64,000 nucleotides of DNA. Origin: the human T2T-CHM13v2.0 reference genome, Homo sapiens. Below the pieces are notes generated by a model that was given only the letters and a program-made list of their open reading frames with translations, did no database searches and was not told the origin of the DNA. The position numbers were made by a program, and so were the translations under genes. The stretch lies in assembly GCF_009914755.1 (NCBI RefSeq), contig NC_060929.1; one strand, written 5' to 3'. Position 1 is the first letter of the stretch. Every line of letters begins with the position of its first letter. Below are positions 54,501 through 64,000 of the stretch, in pieces.

Positions 54501-57500
54501 GACTTGGAACACTCTTTTTGTGGAATTTGCAAGTGGAGATTTCAGCCGCGTTGAGGTCAATGGTAGAAAAGGAAATATCTTCGTATAAAAACTAGACAGA
54601 ATGATTCTCAGAAACTCCTTTGAGATGTGTGTGTTCAACTCACAGAGTTTAACCTTTCTTTTCATAGAGCAGTTAGGAATCACTCTGTTTGTAAAGTCTG
54701 CAAGAGGATATTCAGACCTCTTTGAGGCCTTTGTTGGAAACGGGTTTTTTTCATATAAGGCTAGACAGAAGAATTCCCAGTAACTTCCTTGTGTTGTGTG
54801 TGTTCAACTCACAGAGTTGAACTTTCATTTACACAGAGCAGATTTGAAACACTCTTTTTGTGGAATTTGCAAATGGAGATTTCAAGCGTTTGAGGCCAAA
54901 GGCAGAAAAGGAAATATCTTCGTATAAAAACTAGACAGAATCATTCTCAGAAAGTGCTCTGCGATGTGTGCGTTCAACTCTCAGAGTTTAACTTTGCTTT
55001 TCATTCAGCAGTTTGGAAACACTCTGTTTGTAAAGTCTGCACGTGGATAATTTGACCACTTAGAGGCCTTCGTTGGAAACGGGTTTTTTTCATGTAAGGC
55101 TAGACAGAAGAGTTCTCAGTAACTTCCTTGTGTTGTGTGTATTCAACTCACACAGTTGAACGATCCTTTACACAGAGCAGACTTGTAACACTCTTTTTGT
55201 GGAATTTGCAAGTGGAGATTTCAGCCGCTTTGAAGTCAAAGTAGAAAAGGAAATATCTTCGTATAAAAACTAGACAGAATGATTCTCAGAAACTCCTTTG
55301 TGATGTGTGCGTTCAACTCAAAGAGTTTAACCTTTCTTTTCATAGAGCAGTTAGGAAACACTCTGTTTGTAAAGTCTGCAAGTGGATATTCAGACCTCTT
55401 TGAGGCCTTCGTTGGAAACGGGTTTTTTTCATATAAGGCTAGACAGAAGAATTCCCAGTAACTTCCTTGTGTTGTGTGTGTTCAACTCACAGAGTTGAAC
55501 TTTCATTTACACAGAGCAGATTTGAAACACTCTTTTTGTGGAATTTGCAGGTGGAGATTTCAAGCGCTTTGAGGCCAAAGGCAGAAAAGGAAATATCTTC
55601 GTATAAAAACTAGACAGAATCATTCTCAGAAACTGCTCTGCGATGTGTGCGTTCAACTCTCAGAGTTTAACTTTTCTTTTCATTCAGCAGTTTGGAAACA
55701 CTCTGTTTGTAAATTCTGCACGTGGATAATTTGACCACTTAGAGGCCTTCGTTGGAAACGGGTTTTTTTCATGTAAGGCTAGACAGAAGAATTCTCAGTA
55801 ACTTCCTTGTGTTGTGTGTATTCAACTCACAGAGTTGAACGATCCTTTACACAGAGCAGACTTGTAACACTCTTTTTGTGGAATTTGCAAGTGGAGATTT
55901 CAGCCGCTTTGAAGTCAAAGGTAGAAAAGGAAATATCTTCCTATAAAAACTAGACAGAATGATTCTCAGAAACTCCTTTGTGATGTGTGCGTTCAACTCA
56001 CAGAGTTTAACCTTTCTTTTCATAGAGCAGTTAGGAAACACTCTGTTTGTAAACTCTGCAAGTGGATATTCAGACCTCTTTGAGGCCTTCGTTGGAAACG
56101 GGATTTCTTCATACTGTGCTAGACAGAAGAATTCTCAGTAACTTCCTTGTGTTGTGTGTATTCAACTCACAGAGTTGAACGATCCTTTACACAGAGCAGA
56201 CTTGGAACACTCTTTTTGTGGAATTTGCAAGTGGAGATTTCAGCCGCGTTGAGGTCAATGGTAGAAAAGGAAATATCTTCGTATAAAAACTAGACAGAAT
56301 GATTCTCAGAAACTCCTTTGAGATGTGTGTGTTCAACTCACAGAGTTTAACCTTTCTTTTCATAGAGCAGTTAGGAATCACTCTGATTGTAAAGTCTGCA
56401 AGTGGATATTCAGACCTCTTTGAGGCCTTCGTTGGAAACGGGTTTTTTTCATATAAGGCTAGACAGAAGAATTCCCAGTAACTTCCTTGTGTTGTGTGTG
56501 TTCAACTCACAGAGTTGAACTTTGATTTACACAGAGCAGATTTGAAACACTCTTTTTGTGGAATTTGCAAGTGGAGATTTCAAGCGCTTTGAGGCCAAAG
56601 GCAGAAAAGGAAATATCTTCGTATAAAAACTAGACAGAATCATTCTCAGAAACTGCTCTGCGATGTGTGCGTTCAACTCTCAGAGTTTAACTTTTCTTTT
56701 CATTCAGCAGTTTGGAAACACTCTGTTTGTAAAGTCTGCACGTGGATATTTTGACCACTTAGAGACCTTCGTTGGAAACGGGTTTTTTTCCTGTAAGGCT
56801 AGACAGAAGAATTCCCAGTAACTTCCTTGTGTTGTGTACATTCAACTCACAGAGTTGAACGTTCCCTTAGACGGAGCAGATTTGAAACACTCTTTTTGTG
56901 CAATTGGCAAGTGGAGATTTCAAGCGCTTTGAGGTCAATGGCAGAAAAGGAAATATCTTCCTTTCAAAACTAGACAGAATCATTCCCACAAACTGCGTTG
57001 TGATGTGTTCGTTCAACTCACAGAGTTTAACCTTTCTTTTCATAGAGCAGTTAGGAAACAGTCTGTTTGAAAATTCTGTAAGTGGATATTCTGACATCTT
57101 GTGGCCTTCGTTGGAAACGGGATTTCTTCATATTCTGCTAGACAGAAGAATTCTCAGAATCTTCCTTGTGTTGTGTGTATTCAACTCACAGAGTTGAACG
57201 ATGGTTTACACAGAGCAGATTTGAAACACTCATTTGGTGGAATTTGCAAGTGGAGATTTCAGCCGCTTTGAGGTCAATGGTAGAAAAGGAAATATCTTCG
57301 TATAACAACTAGACAGAATGATTCTCAGAAACTTCTTTGTGATGTGTGTGTTCAACTCACAGAGTTTAACCTTTCTTTTCATAGAGTAGTTAGGAAACAC
57401 TGTGTTTTCAAACTCTGCAAGTGGATATTCCGACCTCTTTGAGGCCTTCGTTGGAAACGGGTTTCTTCATACTGTGCTAGACAGAAGAATTCTCAGTAAC

Positions 57501-60500
57501 TTCCTTGTGTTGTGTGTATTCAACTCACAGAGTTGAACGATCCTTTACACAGAGCAGACTTGAAACACTCTTTTTGTGGAATTTGCAAGTGGAGATTTCA
57601 GCCGCGTTGAGGTCAATGGTAGAAAAGGAAATATCTTCGTATAAAAACTAGACAGAATGATTCTCAGAAACTCCTTTGTGATGTGTGTGTTCAACTCACA
57701 GAGTTTAACATTTCTTTTCATAGAGCAGTTAGGAAACACTCTGTTTGTAAAGTCTGCAAGTGGATATTCAGACCTCTTTGAGGCCTTCGTTGGAAACGGG
57801 TTTTTTTCATATAAGGCTAGACAGAAGAATTCCCAGTAACTTCCTTGTGTTGTGTGTGTTCAACTCACAGAGTTGAACTTTCATTTACACAGAGCAGATT
57901 TGAAACACTCTTTTTGTGGAATTTGCAAGTGGAGATTTCAAGCGCTTTGAGGCCAAAGGCAGAAAAGGAAATATCTTCGTATAAAAACTAGACAGAATCA
58001 TTCTCAGAAACTGCTCTGCGATGTGTGCGTTCAACTCTCAGAGTTTAACTTTTCTTTTCATTCAGCAGTTTGGAAACACTCTGTTTGTAAAGTCTGCACG
58101 TGGATAATTTGACCACTTAGAGGCCTTCGTTGGAAACGGGTTTTTTTCATGTAAGGCTAGACAGAAGAATTCTCAGTAACTTCCTTGTGTTGTGTGTATT
58201 CAACTCACACAGTTGAACGATCCTTTACACAGAGCAGACTTGTAACACTCTTTTTGTGGAATTTGCAAGTGGAGATTTCAGCCGCTTTGAAGTCAAAGGT
58301 AGAAAAGGAAATATCTTCCTATAAAAACTAGACAGAAAGATCCTCAGAAACTCCTTTGTGATGTGTGCGTTCAACTCACAGAGTTTAAGCTTTCTTTTCA
58401 TAGAGCAGTTAGGAAACACTCTGTTTGTAAAGTCTGCAAGTGGATATTCAGACCTCTTTGAGGCCTTCGTTGGAAACGGGTTTTTTTCATATAAGGCTAG
58501 ACAGAAGAATTCCCAGTAACTTCCTTGTGTTGTGTGTGTTCAACTCACAGAGTTGAACTTTCATTTACACAGAGCAGATTTGAAACACTCTTTTTGTGGA
58601 ATTTGCAAGTGGAGATTTCAAGCGCTTTGAGGCCAAAGGCAGAAAAGGAAATATCTTCGTATAAAAACTAGACAGAATCATTCTCAGAAACTGCTCTGTG
58701 ATGTGTGCGTTCAACTCTCAGAGTTAAACTTTTCTTTTCATTCAGCAGTTTGGAAACACTCTGTTTGTAAAGTCTGCACGTGGATAATTTGACCACTTAG
58801 AGGCCTTCGTTGGAAACGGGTTTTTTTCATGTAAGGCTAGACAGAAGAGTTCTCAGTAACTTCCTTGTGTTGTGTGTATTCAACTCACACAGTTGAACGA
58901 TCCTTTACAGAGAGCAGACTTGTAACACTCTTTTTGTGGAATTTGCAAGTGGAGATTTCAGCCGCTTTGAAGTCAAAGTAGAAAAGGAAATATCTTCCTA
59001 TAAAAACTAGACAGAATGATTCTCAGAAACTCCTTTGTGATGTGTGCGTTCAACTCACAGAGTTTAACCTTTCTTTTCATAGAGCAGTTAGGAAACACTC
59101 TGTTTGTAAAGTCTGCAAGTGGATATTCAGACCTCTTTGAGGCCTTCGTTGGAAACGGGTTTTTTTCATACAAGGCTAGACAGAAGAATTCCCAGTAACT
59201 TCCTTGTGTTGTGTGTGTTCAACTCACAGAGTTGAACTTTCATTTACACAGAGCAGATTTGAAACACTCTTTTTGTGGAATTTGCAAATGGAGATTTCAA
59301 GCGCTTTGAGGCCAAAGGCAGAAAAGGAAATATCTTCGTATAAAAACTAGACAGAATCATTCTCAGAAACTGCTCTGCGATGTGTGCGTTCAACTCTCAG
59401 AGTTTAACTTTTCTTTTCATTCAGTAGTTTGGAAACACTCTGTTTGTAAAGTCTGCACGTGGATAATTTGACCACTTAGAGGCCTTCGTTGGAAACGGGT
59501 TTTTTTCATGTAAGGCTAGACAGAAGAATTCTCAGTAACTTCCTTGTGTTGTGTGTATTCAACTCACAGAGTTGAACGATCCTTTACACAGAGCAGACTT
59601 GTAACACTCTTTTTGTGGAATTTGCAAGTGGAGATTTCAGCCGCTTTGAAGTCAAAGGTAGAAAAGGAAATATCTTCCTATAAAAACTAGACAGAATGAT
59701 TCTCAGAAACTCCTTTGTGATGTGTACGTTCAACTCACAGAGTTTAACCTTTCTTTTCATAGAGCAGTTAGGAAACACTCTGTTTGTAAAGTCTGCAAGT
59801 GGATATTGAGACCTCTTTGAGGCGTTCGTTGGAAACGGGTTTTGTTCATATAAGGCTAGACAGAAGGATTCCCAGTAACTTCCTTGTGTTGTGTGTGTTC
59901 AACTCACAGAGTTGAACTTTCATTTACAAAGAGCAGATTTGAAACACTCTTTTTGTGGAATTTGCAAGTGGAGATTTCAAGCGCTTTGAGGCCAAAGGCA
60001 GAAAAGGAAATATCTTCGTATAAAAACTAGACAGAATCATTCTCAGAAACTGCTCTGCGATGTGTGCGTTCAACTCTCAGAGTTTAACTTTTCTTTTCAT
60101 TCAGCAGTTTGGAAACACTCTGTTTGTAAAGTCTGCACGTGGATAATTTGACCACTTAGAGGCCTTCGTTGGAAACGGGTTTTTTTCATGTAAGGCTAGA
60201 CAGAAGAATTCTCAGTAACTTCCTTGTGTTGTGTGTATTCAACTCACAGAGTTGAACGATCCTTTACACAGAGCAGACTTGTAACACTCTTTTTGTGGAA
60301 TTTGCAAGTGGAGATTTCAGCCGCTTTGAAGTCAAATGTAGAAAAGGAAATATCTTCCTATAAAAACTAGACAGAATGATTCTCAGAAACTCCTTTGTGA
60401 TGTGTGCGTTCAACTCACAGAGTTTAACCTTTCTTTTCATAGAGCAGTTAGGAAACACTCTGCTTGTAAAGTCTGCAAGTGGATATTCAGCCCTCTTTGA

Positions 60501-63500
60501 GGCCTTCGTTGGAAACGGGTTTTTTTCATATAAGGCTAGACAGAAGAATTCCCAGTAACTTCCTTGTGTTGTGTGTGTTCAACTCACAGAGTTGAACTTT
60601 GATTTACACAGAGCAGATTTGAAACACTCTTTTTGTGGAATTTGCAAGTGGAGATTTCAAGCGCTTTGAGGCCAAAGGCAGAAAAGGAAATATCTTCGTA
60701 TAAAAACTAGACAGAATCATTCTCAGAAACTGCTCTGCGATGTGTGCGTTCAACTCTCAGAGTTTAACTTTTCTTTTCATTCAGCAGTTTGGAAACACTC
60801 TGTTTGTAAAGTCTGCACGTGGATATTTTGACCACTTAGAGGCCTTCGTTGGAAACGGGTTTTTTTCCTGTAAGGCTAGACAGAAGAATTCCCAGTAACT
60901 TCCTTGTGTTGTGTACATTCAACTCACAGAGTTGAACGTTCCCTTAGACAGAGCAGATTTGAAACACTCTTTTTGTGCAATTGGCAAGTGGAGATTTCAA
61001 GCGCTTTAAGGTCAATGGCAGAAAAGGAAATATCTTCGTTTCAAAACTAGAGAGAATCATTCCCAAAAACTGCGTTGTGATGTGTTCGTTCATCTCACAG
61101 AGTTTAACCTTTCTTTTCATAGAGCAGTTAGGAAACAGTCTGTTTGTAAATTCTGTAAGTGGATATTCTGACATCTTGTGGCCTTCGTTGGAAACGGGAT
61201 TTCTTCATATTCTGCTAGACAGAAGAATTCTCAGAATCTTCCTTGTGTTGTGTGTATTCAACTCACAGAGTTGAACGATGGTTTACACAGAGCAGATTTG
61301 AAACACTCTTTTTGTGCAATTTGCAAGTGGAGATTTCAGCCGCTTTGAGGTCAAATGTAGAAAAGGAAATATCTTCCTATAAAAACTAGACAGAATGATT
61401 CTCAGAAACTTCTTTGTGATGTGTGCGTTCAACTCACAGAGTTTAACCTTTCTTTTCATAGAGCAGTTAGGAAACACTCTGTTTGTAAACTCTGCAAGTG
61501 GATATTCAGACCTCTTTGAGGCCTTCGTTGGAAACGGGATTTCTTCATACTGTGCTAGACAGAAGAATTCTCAGTAACTTCCTTGTGTTGTGTGTATTCA
61601 ACTCACAGAGTTGACCGATCCTTTACACAGAGCAGACTTGTAACACTCTTTTTGTGGAATTTGCAAGTGGAGATTTCAGCCGCTTTGAAGTCAAAGGTAG
61701 AAAAGGGAATATCTTCCTATAAAAACTAGACAGAATGATTCTCAGAAACTCCTTTGTCATGTGTGCGTTCAACTCAGAGTTTAACCTTTCTTTTCATAGA
61801 GCAGTTAGGAAACACTCTGTTTCTAAAGTCTGCAAGTGGATATTCAGACCTCTTTGAGGCCTTCGTTGGAAACGGGTTTTTTTCATATAAGGCTAGACAG
61901 AAGAATTCCCAGTAACTTCCTTGTGTTGTGTGTGTTCAACTCACAGAGTTGTACTTTCATTTACACAGAGCAGATTTGAAACACTCTTTTTGTGGAATTT
62001 GCAAATGGAGATTTCAAGCGCTTTGAGGCCAAAGGCAGAAAAGGAAATATCTTCGTATAAAAACTAGACAGAATCATTCTCAGAAAGTGCTCTGCGATGT
62101 GTGCGTTCAACTCTCAGAGTTTAACTTTGCTTTTCATTCAGCAGTTTGGAAACACTCTGTTTGTAAAGTCTGCACGTGGATAATTTGACCACTTAGAGGC
62201 CTTCGTTGGAAACGGGTTTTTTTCATGTAAGGCTAGACAGAAGAATTCTCAGTAACTTCCTTGTGTTGTGTGTATTCAACTCACAGAGTTGAACGATCCT
62301 TTACACAGAGCAGACTTGTAACACTCTTTTTGTGGAATTTGCAAGTGGAGATTTCAGCCGCTATGAAGTCAAATGTAGAAAAGGAAATATCTTCCTATAA
62401 AAACTAGACAGAATGATTCTCAGAAACTCCTTTGTGATGTGTGCGTTCAACTCACAGAGTTTAACCTTTCTTTTCATAGAGCAGTTAGGAAACACTCTGT
62501 TTGTAAAGTCTGCAAGTGGATATTCAGACCTCTTTGAGGCCTTCGTTGGAAACGGGTTTTTTTCATATAAGGCTAGACAGAAGAATTCCCAGTAACTTCC
62601 TTGTGTTGTGTGTGTTCAACTCACAGAGTTGAACTTTGATTTACACAGAGCAGATTTGAAACACTCTTTTTGTGGAATTTGCAAGTGGAGATTTCAAGCG
62701 CTTTGAGGCCAAAGGCAGAAAAGGAAATATCTTCGTATAAAAACTAGACAGAATCATTCTCAGAAACTGCTCTGTGATGTGTGCGTTCAACTCTCAGAGT
62801 TTAACTTTTCTTTTCATTCAGCAGTTTGGAAACACTCTGTTTCTAAAGTCTGCACGTGGATAATTTGACCACTTAGAGGCCTTCGTTGGAAACGGGTTTT
62901 TTTCATGTAAGGCTAGACAGAAGAGTTCTCAGTAACTTCCTTGTGTTGTGTGTATTCAACTCACACAGTTGAACGATCCTTTACAGAGAGCAGACTTGTA
63001 ACACTCTTTTTGTGGAATTTGCAAGTGGAGATTTCAGCCGCTTTGAAGTCAAAGTAGAAAAGGAAATATCTTCCTATAAAAACTAGACAGAATGATTCTC
63101 AGAAACTCCTTTGTGATGTGTGCGTTCAACTCAAAGAGTTTAACCTTTCTTTTCATAGAGCAGTTAGGAAACACTCTGTTTGTAAAGTCTGCAAGTGGAT
63201 ATTCAGACCTCTTTGAGGCCTTCGTTGGAAACGGGTTTTTTTCATATAAGGCTAGACAGAAGAATTCCCAGTAACTTCCTTGTGTTGTGTGTGTTCAACT
63301 CACAGAGTTGAACTTTCATTTACACAGAGCAGATTTGAAACACTCTTTTTGTGGAATTTGCAGGTGGAGATTTCAAGCGCTTTGAGGCCAAAGGCAGTAA
63401 AGGAAATATCTTCGTATAAAAACTAGACAGAATCATTCTCAGAAACTGCTCTGCGATGTGTGCGTTCAACTCTCAGAGTTTAACTTTTCTTTTCATTCAG

Positions 63501-64000
63501 CAGTTTGGAAACACTCTGTTTGTAAATTCTGCACGTGGATAATTTGACCACTTAGAGGCCTTCGTTGGAAACGGGTTTTTTTCATGTAAGGCTAGACAGA
63601 AGAATTCTCAGTAACTTCCTTGTGTTGTGTGTATTCAACTCACAGAGTTGAACGATCCTTTACACAGAGCAGACTTGTAACACTCTTTTTGTGGAATTTG
63701 CAAGTGGAGATTTCAGCCGCTTTGAAGTCAAAGGTAGAAAAGGAAATATCTTCCTATAAAAACTAGACAGAATGATTCTCAGAAACTCCTTTGTGATGTG
63801 TGCGTTCAACTCACAGAGTTTAACCTTTCTTTTCATAGAGCAGTTAGGAAACACTCTGTTTGTAAACTCTGCAAGTGGATATTCAGACCTCTTTGAGGCC
63901 TTCGTTGGAAACGGGATTTCTTCATACTGTGCTAGACAGAAGAATTCTCAGTAACTTCCTTGTGTTGTGTGTATTCAACTCACAGAGTTGAACGATCCTT
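45597..64000 (+). repeat. More heterogeneous HOR domain of the same alpha satellite family
   Basis: Same dimer types but a different order, more singleton substitutions (e.g. around 47063, 49386, 49427, 50493, 52199, 53802) and a distinct B* dimer (GTTGACCGAT, AAAGGGAAT, TTTCTAAAG) at 46616, 53071 and 61565. The left boundary is approximate. Confidence 0.7.

Larger units (their letters stand above)
1..64000 (+). repeat. Centromeric alpha satellite higher-order-repeat array, SF1 (dimeric J1/J2 monomers, ~340-bp dimer period)
   Basis: Continuous ~170-bp monomers match the alphoid consensus (CATTCTCAGAAACT..GTGATGTGTG..TTCAACTCACAGAGTT..GAAACACTCT..TGCAAGTGGA..GAGGCCTTCGTTGGAAACGGG). GAATTC recurs every 339-340 bp (75, 415, 755, 1095, 1434, 1773, 2113...). 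CENP-B-box monomers alternate with GGYAGAAAAGGAAATATCTT monomers. No strand switch or foreign insertion was seen. Confidence 0.99.

Noticed and set aside
473-63954. About 170 short ORFs (60-105 aa) such as MILRNSFVMC..., MFPNCSMKRK... and MQLASGDFK...
   Set aside because: They are incidental translations of the satellite dimer on both strands, appearing and vanishing with single SNPs or indels. They show no recognisable domain or gene structure. I used them only as positional markers.
1-64000. CRISPR-like regularly spaced repeats with a palindrome
   Set aside because: The sequence between the conserved motifs is itself repeated, so there are no unique spacers. The period is 170/340 bp and there are no cas genes.
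1-64000. Transposon insertion (L1/Alu), inversion or non-satellite island
   Set aside because: The dimer register (338-340 bp) is maintained throughout on one strand. I saw no poly-A tail, target-site duplication or foreign sequence by eye.
1-64000. Assignment to the chr1/5/19 array (D1Z7/D5Z2/D19Z3) or another SF1 array
   Set aside because: The monomers are related, but the RsaI-marked 8-mer fits D10Z1 better as I recall it. This is not formally excluded without alignment.
1-64000. A previously undescribed biological system
   Set aside because: Everything visible is explained by a known satellite family and its duplication, deletion and conversion dynamics. Only the specific local architecture may be unreported.

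Overview
The whole 64 kb window is one uninterrupted, single-orientation array of primate centromeric alpha satellite, almost certainly human. It holds about 376 ~170-bp monomers organised as about 188 ~340-bp dimers of suprachromosomal family 1 (J1/J2), with a CENP-B box in every second monomer. The RsaI-marked 1,358-bp 8-mer suggests the active chromosome 10 array D10Z1 (S1C10H1L), but this rests on recalled family features, not an alignment. I found no genes, RNA genes, transposons or CRISPR arrays, and all listed ORFs are artefacts of the repeat. I found no new biological system. What merits a second look is the array architecture. Five dimer types (A/A', B, C, D, E, counted from the GAATTC site) form an 8-mer (A'CDE) mixed with runs of a 4-mer (AB). 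Over about 1-45.5 kb these assemble into a ~10.9-kb 64-monomer super-repeat present in five edited copies, with a nested ~10.2-kb tandem duplication and precisely mappable chimeric dimers that mark deletions. From about 45.5 kb onward the array is more heterogeneous and looks older. Nine CENP-B boxes have lost a core base. All decomposition was done by eye using diagnostic SNPs and ORF-track offsets.
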